From an uncultured Pseudomonadales bacterium (GTDB taxonomy: Bacteria > Patescibacteriota > Microgenomatia > UBA1400 > Chazhemtobacteraceae), in the NCBI GenBank assembly GCA_964618725.1, contig CAZUBK010000002.1, forward strand, positions 131,992 to 195,991: a DNA stretch of 64,000 nucleotides. The letters are read 5' to 3'. How positions within the stretch are numbered: position 1 is the first letter of the stretch; every line of letters starts with the position of its first letter. Positions 8,196 to 17,686 of the stretch are shown one piece after another. The notes under the pieces are model-generated. The model saw only the letters and a list, made by a program, of their open reading frames with translations. It ran no database searches and was not told the origin of the DNA. The position numbers were made by a program, and so were the translations under genes.

Positions 8196-9851
8196 TTAAA
8201 CTTCAACTATTACGGTGAGAATGAGGGGGTTACGCTCGGTTTTCTCGTAGATGAACTTCTCGAGGGTGTCTTCGATCTTTTTCCGAAGGAAACCCCAGTC
8301 GGTGACGACGCCGTGTTGGTCGCTTAAGGCTTTCCTCACCTGGCGCTTGATCGAGTCGATTAACTCAACTGATTCCTTCATGTAGACAAAGCCGCGAGAG
8401 ACGATGTCAACTTTACCACTAATTTGGCTGTTGTCGTGCCTAACCGGGACAATGACAACAAGAATGCCGTCAGCCGACATGACTTGGCGATCACGGAGGA
8501 CAACCTTGCCGACGTCGCCGATACCTAAGCCATCGACATAGATATTTTTGAGATCAATTTTGTCACCATAGGTGACCGTGTGATTGGTAACCAAAAGGGA
8601 CTGACCATCCTCGGGAATGAGAGTCTTTTCAGCGCGGTAGCCCAGATCCTCAGTCATTTTGCGGTAGGCAATTTGGTGGCGATAGTTGCCACCGATGGGA
8701 TAAAAGTGTTTGGGTTTGGCGAGACGAACAAGGAGTTCTAGTTCGCCGCGGTAACCGTGGCCAGAGACGTGGAGATCTGAAGTGGTCTCCTTATGAGAGA
8801 CATCGATGCCGACTTTGACGAGGGTATCGATCAGACCGAAGACGGCGGTTTCAGAACCAGGAATGGCGTCAGAGGAGAAGACAACGCGGTCGCCGGGCTT
8901 CAACTTAACAAAGCGATGTTCACCGGTGGCGGCACGGTGCATGGCAGAGCCTTCCTGACCTTGGGAGCCGGCAATAATGAGGGCAATTTGGGAGTCTTTG
9001 AAGTTTCTTATCTGCTCGGGCTTGATAAGAGTGTTCTTGGGGACATTAATAAAGCCTAGCTGCATGGCGAGAGTCAGGTTTCGGTCAACACTTCGACCGA
9101 CTAGGGCAACTTTGCGACCGTGGCGAGCGGCGACGTTGATGGCCATGCCGAAACGGGAGATGGATGAGGAGATGGCGGTGACGATGAATTTGCCTTCGGT
9201 TTTTCTGATTTCTTGATCAAAGGTCTCTTCAATTTTGCGTTCCGGCAGAGTAAATCCGGCTTTCTCGACGCGAAGACAGTCGGAGATAAGGAGATCGATG
9301 CCAGCGTCCCCTGCTCTGGCGATGGCGTTTAAGTCGGGCGGATTGCCATCGGGGGGGGTGAGATCAAACTTGAAGTCAGCCCCATGGTAGACGGTACCAG
9401 CGGGAGTCTTGATGACTAAATGTTTACAATTGGGGATACTGTGGGTGATATGAATGAGATCAACCTTGAAGGGACCAAAGGAGATCCTGTCTTCAATGGT
9501 GCGGAACGGATTGGTCAGACCAAACTCACGGACTTTGACTTCGGCAAGTGCGGCGGTAAGTTTGGATCCATATACGGGTAGATTCTTGGGAAGACGAGGT
9601 AGAACGTAGGAGAGGCCACCGATGTGGTCTTCGTGACCGTGAGTGAGGAGGATAGCGTGAAGCTTTTTTTTACTTTTTTCCAAATAGCTAATGTCGGGGA
9701 TGAGGAGATCGACGCCTGGCATATTGGCGGTCGGGAAACCCATGCCGCAGTCGACAATGAACTGATCATTGCCATACTCGTAGAGATACATATTTTTAGT
9801 AACTTCACCGGCACCACCTAGGGAAATGATTTTGAGAGGAGATTTGAACAT
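8196..9851 (-). CDS. rnj: ribonuclease J (metallo-beta-lactamase/beta-CASP RNase)
   Basis: HGHEDHIGG motif, beta-CASP region, about 550 aa. Confidence 0.85.
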   Translation of the reverse strand: MFKSPLKIISLGGAGEVTKNMYLYEYGNDQFIVDCGMGFPTANMPGVDLLIPDISYLEKSKKKLHAILLTHGHEDHIGGLSYVLPRLPKNLPVYGSKLTAALAEVKVREFGLTNPFRTIEDRISFGPFKVDLIHITHSIPNCKHLVIKTPAGTVYHGADFKFDLTPPDGNPPDLNAIARAGDAGIDLLISDCLRVEKAGFTLPERKIEETFDQEIRKTEGKFIVTAISSSISRFGMAINVAARHGRKVALVGRSVDRNLTLAMQLGFINVPKNTLIKPEQIRNFKDSQIALIIAGSQGQEGSAMHRAATGEHRFVKLKPGDRVVFSSDAIPGSETAVFGLIDTLVKVGIDVSHKETTSDLHVSGHGYRGELELLVRLAKPKHFYPIGGNYRHQIAYRKMTEDLGYRAEKTLIPEDGQSLLVTNHTVTYGDKIDLKNIYVDGLGIGDVGKVVLRDRQVMSADGILVVIVPVRHDNSQISGKVDIVSRGFVYMKESVELIDSIKRQVRKALSDQHGVVTDWGFLRKKIEDTLEKFIYEKTERNPLILTVIVEV

Positions 9852-9867
9852 GAATTAATTTTACAAC

Positions 9868-10272
9868 TTAAATGGGATAACGAATACTCTTATCTAATTT
9901 ATCGAAATCCTTGTCAAAAGTTGCTATTTGATAATATTTTCTTTGAGACACAACAAAAAGCCAGGCATCGACAAAATCGACGTTTTTTTGGCTGAATAAA
10001 TAAAGTGCCTTGAGAACTAGTTTTTTTCGAGTAATGACCCAAGGGTTAGAAACCAAAATCGTAAGTAATTCGGAAATTTTACTCTTTGGAAAGTCAAAAC
10101 GTGAAGTAAAAGTCCAAACGACCTCGGCGATGATAATAGGATCGAGATAAAGTTTAATTTTCCCCGCCTCTGCTTGGGCGAGCAATTGCTTGGCTTTTTG
10201 AAAATGCAAAGGGTGATCTGCAGCTAAAAAACGAATTATTGTATTGGCATCGAGACTGACTATTGAAATCAT
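9868..10272 (-). CDS. vapC: PIN-domain toxin VapC
   Basis: 134 aa PIN fold with acidic residues (D8..., E, D) spaced as in VapC. It overlaps the upstream antitoxin by 4 nt. Confidence 0.75.
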   Translation of the reverse strand: MISIVSLDANTIIRFLAADHPLHFQKAKQLLAQAEAGKIKLYLDPIIIAEVVWTFTSRFDFPKSKISELLTILVSNPWVITRKKLVLKALYLFSQKNVDFVDAWLFVVSQRKYYQIATFDKDFDKLDKSIRYPI

Positions 10273-10532
10273 TTGATTAGTTGATGTCTTTGAGCCAAAT
10301 GGTCCTTAATCATGTGCCGCTCCTGCTTATGAGAGATGTATTTTGAATCAGATTTCAAGGCACCAGCAAGTTGAGTGACAATGTCAGACTTAATCACTTC
10401 TGCCTCAAACCTATTAGCCTTCTTATCAAGACGGAAACGTAGCTTGTGACCTGTTTTGATATCTAATGCTTGGCGAATAAATCCAGGAATGGTGGCTTGG
10501 CCTTTGGAAGTAACCGATGTATATAATTGCAT
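10269..10532 (-). CDS. vapB: AbrB/MazE/SpoVT-type antitoxin VapB
   Basis: N-terminal SpoVT/AbrB swapped-hairpin motif (TSKGQATIP). 87 aa; stop overlaps the vapC start (ATGA). Confidence 0.7.
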   Translation of the reverse strand: MQLYTSVTSKGQATIPGFIRQALDIKTGHKLRFRLDKKANRFEAEVIKSDIVTQLAGALKSDSKYISHKQERHMIKDHLAQRHQLIK

Positions 10533-10600
10533 AATAGTATCTTAAGCAAGGTATTACCTTTTGTCAATCGGTAATACATTTTCGTAATACTATTTTCAGG

Positions 10601-10630
10601 AAAAAGAAAAAGGGGGCCAAAACGGCTCCC
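10601..10630 (-). terminator. intrinsic terminator (gggggcc-aaaac-ggctccc hairpin + U-run)
   Basis: Hairpin at 10612-10630. On the minus strand it is followed by TTTTTCTTTTTCC. Confidence 0.45.
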
Positions 10631-10642
10631 TTCAAGAATGAA

Positions 10643-10858
10643 CTAGCGGCGAATATGACTCTCCCCGCAGCGACAGCGTGATCGTCTATCTACAAGACCA
10701 CTTAGATCATAGGGGCTTGGACGGTCATTCGAATCAACCCATTCTACGATCCGCAAACCACAGTGGCGACAACGAGGATTGCGATTTCTTGCGGGGTGAC
10801 GCGGATCTGAGAGATCGTAGGGGCTTGGACGGTCGTCAGTATCGTTGAAAACTGGCAA
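10643..10858 (-). CDS. questionable small ORF with internal DRPSPYDLS duplication and CxxC/CxC, TTG start
   Basis: Putative SD AAGGAAGGTG lies before the TTG. Two imperfect 22-nt direct repeats in the DNA (gatcATAGGGGCTTGGACGGTC / gatcGTAGGGGCTTGGACGGTC). Coding status is uncertain. Confidence 0.25.
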   Translation of the reverse strand: MPVFNDTDDRPSPYDLSDPRHPARNRNPRCRHCGLRIVEWVDSNDRPSPYDLSGLVDRRSRCRCGESHIRR

Positions 10859-10883
10859 GGTACACCTTCCTTTCAGAGGGATT

Positions 10884-11954
10884 CTACCACTTAGGTAAGA
10901 AGTCCTTGATGTTTTGTTCAGTCAAATGAACATTCTGGGCCTGGCCGGTGACAAACATACGAGCGGACTTGCGAGCGATCCCTTCAAGGGTGCGCTTAAG
11001 AGTACGAATACCGGCATCATAACCGAGGGGCCTCACTATGGTGGACCAGAGGCTTTCTTCGATAGTAATGGTACCGGGGGGGAGGCCGGATTCCTCGAGG
11101 ATCTCGGGGAGGAGATATTCCTTAGCAATGTGGAGCTTTTCATCGTCAGAGTAAGAAGGCATGCGGATGGGTTCGAGACGATCGAGCACTGCTGTGGCAA
11201 CATTGGTAGTGTTGTTACCAGTGGCGATGAAGAGGACTTCTGAGAGATCAACAGGGTAGTCGAGATAGTGGTCAATGAAGTGATAGTTCTGGCCGGGATC
11301 GAGGAGTTCGACGAGAACACCCATGATGTCGGCGCGAGCCTCTACTGTGACACGGTCAATTTCGTCGAGGAGAATAATGGGGTTTTTGACTTTAGTGGTG
11401 GCGAGAGCTTTGATGATGCTACCGGGTTCGGCTTCAAGGTGGAGACGACTTTGGCCACGTAGATCACGAGCCGAACCCATGCCACCGAAGGGAATACGAG
11501 CAATGGGACGGCCTAGCGCGTCAGAAAGAGCATAAGCAAAGGTGGTTTTACCGGTACCAACAAGACCGACTAAGAAAACGATGGGGGCTTTGGCGATGCC
11601 TTTGCCTTGTTCCATACGAAGCTTGAGGACTGACATATATTCGAGAATGCGGTCTTTGACTTCTTGCATACCGTAGTGGTGCTTTTGGAGTGTTTGGGCA
11701 ATCAGATTAAGATCAATTGGCTTGTCGACGCGTTTGTCCCAGGGTAACTGGGTTATCCAATTGATATAGTGGCGGGTACGCTCGAATTCTTCGGAATAGA
11801 AGCCTTGATTGACCATTCTCTGAAGACGATCAACCATTTCGGTGGCTTGTTGTTTGAGATCGGGAGGGCAGACAACGGTATTAAGCTGATCATAGAGGCG
11901 CTTGATATCTTGAGAGACGAGGGAGGTATCTTGTTTGGCAGGAGGTGTGTCCAT
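10884..11954 (-). CDS. Lon-like AAA+ ATPase module without peptidase S16 domain
   Basis: Lon-type Walker A (VGLVGTGKTT), sensor/arginine-finger region and the Lon AAA+ alpha-subdomain (EKLHIAKEYLLPE...AGIRTLKR). The ORF stops where the protease domain would begin. Confidence 0.7.
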   Translation of the reverse strand: MDTPPAKQDTSLVSQDIKRLYDQLNTVVCPPDLKQQATEMVDRLQRMVNQGFYSEEFERTRHYINWITQLPWDKRVDKPIDLNLIAQTLQKHHYGMQEVKDRILEYMSVLKLRMEQGKGIAKAPIVFLVGLVGTGKTTFAYALSDALGRPIARIPFGGMGSARDLRGQSRLHLEAEPGSIIKALATTKVKNPIILLDEIDRVTVEARADIMGVLVELLDPGQNYHFIDHYLDYPVDLSEVLFIATGNNTTNVATAVLDRLEPIRMPSYSDDEKLHIAKEYLLPEILEESGLPPGTITIEESLWSTIVRPLGYDAGIRTLKRTLEGIARKSARMFVTGQAQNVHLTEQNIKDFLPKW

Positions 11955-11973
11955 GGCTTAAGTATACAGAAGA

Positions 11974-12195
11974 TCAAAGGTTGTCTTCGATGTCTTGTTT
12001 GGAAACTCCTGCCTGGCGAAGTATGGAAGAAAGCGTGCCGATGGCAATTTGTTTATGATTTGGGATAATTATGGTTCTCAGTTGCCCTCCTACAATACCG
12101 CGGAATTTAATGTGACTGCCTTTTTGAGAGATTTCAGCAAAACCAAGATGTGTCAATGCCAGGATCAACTGTTTTGCAGAATACCGCTTAGGCAT
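11974..12195 (-). CDS. hicA: HicA mRNA interferase toxin
   Basis: 73 aa, YcfA/HicA pattern (KQLILALTHLGF...KGSHIKF...IPNHK). Overlaps hicB by 8 nt. Confidence 0.75.
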   Translation of the reverse strand: MPKRYSAKQLILALTHLGFAEISQKGSHIKFRGIVGGQLRTIIIPNHKQIAIGTLSSILRQAGVSKQDIEDNL

Positions 12196-12439
12196 AGGTT
12201 AATTTGGGGAAGATTTGAGTTAGTTCTAGCGAAATTAAAGAGGGAAGTTTTGATTTGATTACAGGAGTATCTTCGAAATAGAGCTCGATTGCCTCAGTTA
12301 AGTTATCAGCGGCTTCCTCCGGAGTTTTGCCTTGACTGACAATATCTAACTCAATCGCCTTGGCAACAAAAAGATCCTCCTCCTGCCAAACAAGGATGTT
12401 GAATTTGGAATTAGTTTGTTTTTTTTTCTTACTAAACAT
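12188..12439 (-). CDS. hicB: HicB antitoxin (UPF0150 fold)
   Basis: 83 aa. Upstream partner of hicA, with the typical HicB N-terminal fold signature. Confidence 0.65.
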   Translation of the reverse strand: MFSKKKKQTNSKFNILVWQEEDLFVAKAIELDIVSQGKTPEEAADNLTEAIELYFEDTPVIKSKLPSLISLELTQIFPKLTYA

Positions 12440-12474
12440 GAGTACATTTTAGCAGAGTTTGAAGAAAAGGCATG

Positions 12475-14724
12475 TTAACGGAAGTCTTGAAACTTCTGGA
12501 AACGGGACTGGTCGCGATTACCACCTCGAGGGGCGTCACGTCTTGGACCGCGATCGCCACTAGGACGGGGGCGGAAACCGCCTCGGTCATTGCCGGGACG
12601 AGGATCTCTGTCTCCACCGCCGCGGGGGCCGCGAGAAGTGGGATCTTCATTTAGTTTCATGGTGAGATTGATTCTTCCCTGAGGGTCGATTTCGTAGACT
12701 TTGACCTGGACCGTGTCGCCCTCTTTTACGACCTCAGAAGGATGTTTAACGAAGCCCTCACCCATATTACTGACGTGGACGAGGCCTTCTTGGCCGGGCA
12801 TGACTTCAACGAAGGCGCCAAAGTCCATTAGGCGTTTGACGGTGCCGGTATAGGTCGTACCGACTTCGACTTCAGCGGTGAGATCGGCGACAAACTTCTT
12901 GGCAGCGGCCACTTTTTCGGGGTCAATACCAGCGATACTGACAAAACCTTTACCATCGGCTTCTTCGACGTTTATTTCAACGCTATGGAGGACTTGGAGC
13001 TCGCGGATGGTTTTGCCACCCGGACCAATGAGGAGACCGATCTTGTCGCCGGGGATGGTAACACTTTCGATACGAGGAGCATATTTACTGAGTTGCGCTC
13101 TTGGTTCACTAATAGCCGTGAGCATGCGCTCAAGAATATGAAGTCGACCAAGGCGAGCTTGTTCTAGGGCAGTTTCAAGCATGTCGGCGGTGACGCCGGC
13201 AACTTTGACGTCCATTTGGATAGCAGTGATGCCCTGCTTGGTACCAGCGACTTTGAAGTCCATATCACCAAAGTGATCTTCGAGACCGGCAATGTCCGAG
13301 AGGGTGACGAAGTTATCGCCGTCGATAATGAGACCCATGGCAATACCGGCGACGGGGGCAATGATTGGGACACCAGCATCCATGAGGGCAAGGGTGCTGC
13401 CACAGACTGAGGCCTGAGAAGTAGAACCGTTGCTACTCATGATTTCGGAGACGACGCGAACGGTGTAGGGGAAGTCCTCTTCAGCGGGGAGAACAGCCAT
13501 TAAAGCGCGTTCTGCCAAAGCACCATGTCCGGTCTCACGACGGGAGGGCGTACCAAAGCGACCGGGCTCTCCTGTGGCAATGGGAGACATATTGTAGTGG
13601 TGCATGTAGCGCTTGGTTTCTTCGCCCTTCATGCCGTCGATGAGTTGAGCGGCAGCGGGGGAGGCGAGAGTGGCGACGGAAAGAGCGTGAGTAGCACCTC
13701 TTTGGAAGAAGGCGGAACCATGGGTTCGGGGTAGGAGGCCAACTTCTGAGGTGATTTGACGAATTTCATCGGTTTTGCGACCGTCGAAACGGATTTTGTC
13801 TTTGATGATTAGTTCACGGATTCTGTCTTTGAGACGCTCATCGATGAGTCGACCCAGGACAATACGATCGATCTCTTCATCATCGCCAGCGAGACTATCA
13901 ATGATGGGGGAGAGTTTGATGCCTTCACCACCGACAGTTTTACTTTGTTCGATAACTTCGTTGACGTTGAGCTTTTTGTCGACTAGAGCAATGAGGGCAG
14001 GATTATGAACGGTGGCTTCGAGAATCTTCTTTTCTTTGCCGGCTTGTTTGACGAGATCGTTGATACCAGCGATAACAATCTCGATTTGTTCTTGGCCAAA
14101 CTTAAGAGCTTTGAGAACGGTCTCTTCCGAGACCTGAGAGGCGCCGGCTTCAACCATGGCGATGCCTTTGGTGGAACCAGAAATGACCAAATCTAGAGAA
14201 GAGGACTCTTTCTGCTGTGAGGTGGGGTTGGCGATCATATTGCCATCTTTGTCGATACCGACGCGAACGGCGGCAACATCTCCGGTAAAGGGAATTTGAC
14301 TAACGGCGAGAGCGGCGGCGGAAGCAATGATACCTAGGACCTCGGGCTCGTTAACATGGTCAATAGAAAGCGGGTGAACAATGATCTGGACTTCATCATA
14401 GAAGTCTTTGGGGAAAAGGGGACGAACAGAGCGGTCAATGAGGCGGGCGGTGAGGATCTCGTTGTCGGAAGGCTTGCTTTCGCGTTTGACGAAACGGCTG
14501 GAGCTGATGACGCCACCGGCGTAGTGTTTTTCTCGGTACTCGATGGTAAGAGGGAAGAAATCAATGCCTTCTCTTGGCTCACCAGTAACGGCGGAGGCGA
14601 GAACTATAGTATCGCCACAACGGGCGGTGACGGTTCCGGCGGCTTGGGTGCCGAATTTGCCGGTTTCTAAAATAATGGTTTTACCATCAAGGTTGATGGT
14701 AGAGGTGGAAATGTTTTTATTCAT
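12475..14724 (-). CDS. pnp: polynucleotide phosphorylase with RG/RD-rich C-terminal tail
   Basis: Two RNase PH domains, KH and S1 domains. Unusual about 60-aa RGG/RD-rich C-terminus. Confidence 0.9.
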   Translation of the reverse strand: MNKNISTSTINLDGKTIILETGKFGTQAAGTVTARCGDTIVLASAVTGEPREGIDFFPLTIEYREKHYAGGVISSSRFVKRESKPSDNEILTARLIDRSVRPLFPKDFYDEVQIIVHPLSIDHVNEPEVLGIIASAAALAVSQIPFTGDVAAVRVGIDKDGNMIANPTSQQKESSSLDLVISGSTKGIAMVEAGASQVSEETVLKALKFGQEQIEIVIAGINDLVKQAGKEKKILEATVHNPALIALVDKKLNVNEVIEQSKTVGGEGIKLSPIIDSLAGDDEEIDRIVLGRLIDERLKDRIRELIIKDKIRFDGRKTDEIRQITSEVGLLPRTHGSAFFQRGATHALSVATLASPAAAQLIDGMKGEETKRYMHHYNMSPIATGEPGRFGTPSRRETGHGALAERALMAVLPAEEDFPYTVRVVSEIMSSNGSTSQASVCGSTLALMDAGVPIIAPVAGIAMGLIIDGDNFVTLSDIAGLEDHFGDMDFKVAGTKQGITAIQMDVKVAGVTADMLETALEQARLGRLHILERMLTAISEPRAQLSKYAPRIESVTIPGDKIGLLIGPGGKTIRELQVLHSVEINVEEADGKGFVSIAGIDPEKVAAAKKFVADLTAEVEVGTTYTGTVKRLMDFGAFVEVMPGQEGLVHVSNMGEGFVKHPSEVVKEGDTVQVKVYEIDPQGRINLTMKLNEDPTSRGPRGGGDRDPRPGNDRGGFRPRPSGDRGPRRDAPRGGNRDQSRFQKFQDFR

Positions 14725-14761
14725 TTTTGTGGGAGGAGGGGGTGGATTGAGAATTCGGGAC

Positions 14762-14783
14762 TAGAAAATTGGCTAATTTTCTA
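14762..14783 (-). promoter_or_regulatory. AT hairpin in rpsO-pnp intergenic region (possible terminator/processing site)
   Basis: tagaaaatt-ggc-taattttcta palindrome. Position mirrors the rpsO terminator / pnp leader known in other bacteria. Confidence 0.3.
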
Positions 14784-14853
14784 CTACAGAGTTCTCAACA
14801 AGACACACAACTCCTGATTGATTATTAATATTCCTATGCTATCAGAAAAAAGA

Positions 14854-15144
14854 TTATTTAGCGTCCCCGTTGCCTATGGCCTTGCCGATGTTTAAATCGG
14901 CAGCAATGGTTTGATGAGCTGAGGGATTGATTTTAAGGAGGTAATTGAGGAGACGACGGCGCTTGCTGACGATCTTGAGAAGGCCACGGCGACTGTGGAT
15001 ATCCTTTTTGTGTTCCTTGAGGTGACTGGAGAGTTTATTAATCTGATTAGTTAAGAGAGCCACTTGAACTTGAGGAGAGCCGGTATCGGTTTCAGAGGCG
15101 GCGTATTTTTTGATGACTTGTTTCTTTTCTTGAGTGGTAAGCAT
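14854..15144 (-). CDS. rpsO: 30S ribosomal protein S15
   Basis: S15 signature ([13 protein letters not shown]...[12 protein letters not shown]...[16 protein letters not shown]). Confidence 0.85.
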   Translation of the reverse strand: MLTTQEKKQVIKKYAASETDTGSPQVQVALLTNQINKLSSHLKEHKKDIHSRRGLLKIVSKRRRLLNYLLKINPSAHQTIAADLNIGKAIGNGDAK

Positions 15145-15164
15145 GGGGGAAATTATAGCAAAAA

Positions 15165-16121
15165 TTATTTAAGTTGGCCAGAAGGAGTGGAGAGGGTGGT
15201 TTGAGGAGGAGCGACGGGGCTTGGAAAAGCACTCTTGAAGATCTTAGGTTTTTGCCAATCAGTGGGAACAAAAGTAGGGGTGCCACCATTAAAAGGTGAT
15301 TTTTGGGAAGGTGGAAAACTGCCACCTTGAGGACGGAAGATCTGAGGAGCCGGCCTAGGATGACCATCAGGGGAGAGAACCATAGGAGCTGGAGTGGCGG
15401 GACGTTTGGCATTGTGACGAAGAAGATAGGCGGCGAGCTCAAAAGTATCGGCGTTGGTGTCATTACTTTGGAAGTTATCTGTTGAGTCGCTGAGCTGGTG
15501 GTAGAGGAGAGTAGCGCCAGACTCGGGAAGGGCGAATTGAGCGAATTTAAGCAAAAGACCGATGGTCTCGGCATATGACTTGCCAGAGGTTAAGATATTG
15601 ACTTCAGCAAAAGTGGAGGGACGGGGAGAGTTGACGATATTAACTAACTTGGCTTGATCAAGAAAGGCTTTTTCATCGGAGTAGATTTTGCCGAGTTCTT
15701 CGAGACTGTTGATGCCGAAGGTGATGACAAGGTCAGCAGACGCCCCGGAATACGAGAACTGGACGCTACCTTTGTCGAGAGGAGGTTGACCAGTGCGAGG
15801 CTGGATGATGAGATTAAAGCGTTTATTGCCTTCATCAATATCATAGGAAACATTTTCAACACTATCTTCTTTGTAGTCAAAAGAGACGACAAGCTTTTGG
15901 TTACCAATCTGTTTCTTGACTTCGGAGATGCCTTCGATTTGGGGAGCAGAACCTAAGTCAGAGGAGGCAATGGTAGAGGTCTTACCGACTTGCTTAAGAG
16001 AAAGATGAAGAGCAATCGCCGCAGTAAGGGAATCGGCATCTGGTTGCGCCGGAAGGAGAATGATGACGGAATTGGCAGGGGTAAGAAAATCTTTAATTTT
16101 GGTAAACAAAGCTTGGTCCAT
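15165..16121 (-). CDS. DHH-family (NrnA-like) protein, degenerate catalytic motifs, PQ-rich tail
   Basis: DHH-like N-terminal motifs ([12 protein letters not shown]). It occupies the rbfA/nrnA position between infB and rpsO. Confidence 0.45.
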   Translation of the reverse strand: MDQALFTKIKDFLTPANSVIILLPAQPDADSLTAAIALHLSLKQVGKTSTIASSDLGSAPQIEGISEVKKQIGNQKLVVSFDYKEDSVENVSYDIDEGNKRFNLIIQPRTGQPPLDKGSVQFSYSGASADLVITFGINSLEELGKIYSDEKAFLDQAKLVNIVNSPRPSTFAEVNILTSGKSYAETIGLLLKFAQFALPESGATLLYHQLSDSTDNFQSNDTNADTFELAAYLLRHNAKRPATPAPMVLSPDGHPRPAPQIFRPQGGSFPPSQKSPFNGGTPTFVPTDWQKPKIFKSAFPSPVAPPQTTLSTPSGQLK

Positions 16122-16175
16122 GGTTTATCCATATTAACCTATATGTAAGAAAAAAGCAAGAAGAGCGCTAAAAAA

Positions 16176-17624
16176 CTACTCCTTCTTCATGACCTTGTAG
16201 GCGATGAGGCGATCTTTGGGAGAGACAACCAAAACAGGATCAGTAATAAGGCCAAACTCGTCACCTTTCTTGACTTTGTCAACCGTGAGTCTACCTAGGC
16301 GAAGAGAGGCGACTTTGGCTTCAGCAACGGACTGATCATTCTTGAGGAGGCGGAGTTGATCGTTGAGATTTAAGCTGCCCGATTGGACGCGGGCACCAAT
16401 GATTTGTTTACCGGCGATGTCAAAGATTTTGAGGACTTGGATCTCCCCGAGTTCCAGTTCATATGAGGCACGAGCCTCAGCGGTAGTAATTAGCTTGGGA
16501 AGATCTTCGAGAAGATCGTAGATCGTTTGATAGGTGAAAATGTCGATATGGTCAACCTCGGCGAGCTTTTTAGCGGAAGACAGGGTTGGAGTGCGAAAGC
16601 CGACGACAGTACTCTTGGTGGTAAGAGCAAGGAGGATATCAGATTCATTGATGGGACCTGAACCGGCGGAGATGACCTCGACTTCGGGGGGAAGGGAACC
16701 AAGAATGGCTTCAAGCGTACCGACGACGTCGGCTTTTAAGATAACGGGAAAATTACTAGTCTTTTCTCCTTTGGTGGCAGGATCGAGTTTGGTTAGGAAA
16801 CTTTCGGTAGCAATTTTTTTGACGGTATCGGGATGGGTGATAAGGCTGCCGACGGGAGGGACCTTGGTGAATCCAAGTAGTTGGACGGGAGTGGAGGGGA
16901 GCACTTCCTTAAGTTGGTTGCCTTTCCAGTCGGTGAGAGAGCGGGCTTTGCCAGTAAGAAGTTTTCCATTCTTTGGATCAACTAAAGCAACGACTTGATC
17001 GGAAACTTTGAGGGTGCCGTTTTTGACAATCAGATTAGTAAGGGGGCCTTTGTGGCGATCGAGACGAGATTCGATGACAACGGCCTCTAAAACGCCTTTA
17101 GGATCAGCTTTTATGTCTTCCATCTCAGCCATCAAGAGAAGGGTGTCTAGGAGTTTGTCGAGATTTAAATTCTGCTTACTACTGACTTCGACAACCGGAA
17201 TATTGCCGCCAAAGCCTTCTACCTGAACGCTATTTTCGGCCAATTGAGTCTTTATCTTAAGTGTGTCGGCAGAGGGAAGATCGATTTTGGTGATGGCAAC
17301 GAGAAAAGGGATTTTGCTGTCATGTATGTGGTCAAGAGATTCTTTAGTTTGGGGCATGACACCATCATCAGCGGCAATGACGAGAACAGCGATGTCGGCG
17401 ATCTGGCCGCCACGAGAGCGCATAGCAGAGAAAGCGGCGTGACCGGGAGTATCAATGAAGGTAAGAGTGTTGCTAGCGTGCTCGACTTGGTAGGCGCCGA
17501 CGTGTTGGGTAATACCACCAGTCTCGGAAGCGGCAACACTGGTATGACGGATTGCGTCAAGAAGTGAAGTCTTGCCATGGTCGACGTGGCCGAGGATGGT
17601 GATGATGGGGGGGCGTGTTGACAT
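16176..17624 (-). CDS. infB: translation initiation factor IF-2 (short form)
   Basis: G domain GHVDHGKTSLLD, DTPGH. 482 aa, lacking the N-terminal extension. Confidence 0.9.
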   Translation of the reverse strand: MSTRPPIITILGHVDHGKTSLLDAIRHTSVAASETGGITQHVGAYQVEHASNTLTFIDTPGHAAFSAMRSRGGQIADIAVLVIAADDGVMPQTKESLDHIHDSKIPFLVAITKIDLPSADTLKIKTQLAENSVQVEGFGGNIPVVEVSSKQNLNLDKLLDTLLLMAEMEDIKADPKGVLEAVVIESRLDRHKGPLTNLIVKNGTLKVSDQVVALVDPKNGKLLTGKARSLTDWKGNQLKEVLPSTPVQLLGFTKVPPVGSLITHPDTVKKIATESFLTKLDPATKGEKTSNFPVILKADVVGTLEAILGSLPPEVEVISAGSGPINESDILLALTTKSTVVGFRTPTLSSAKKLAEVDHIDIFTYQTIYDLLEDLPKLITTAEARASYELELGEIQVLKIFDIAGKQIIGARVQSGSLNLNDQLRLLKNDQSVAEAKVASLRLGRLTVDKVKKGDEFGLITDPVLVVSPKDRLIAYKVMKKE

Positions 17625-17686
17625 AATAAAAATGTAAGTTCCAAAAAAGTAATGTCAAAAATAAGATTAGCAGGAGGACCCCTAGA

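Noticed and set aside
12432-12654. Small ORFs 12432-12650 (-) and 12472-12654 (+) at the pnp 3' end
   Set aside because: They overlap the RG-rich tail-coding region of pnp in other frames. They are artefacts of GC-rich repeats.
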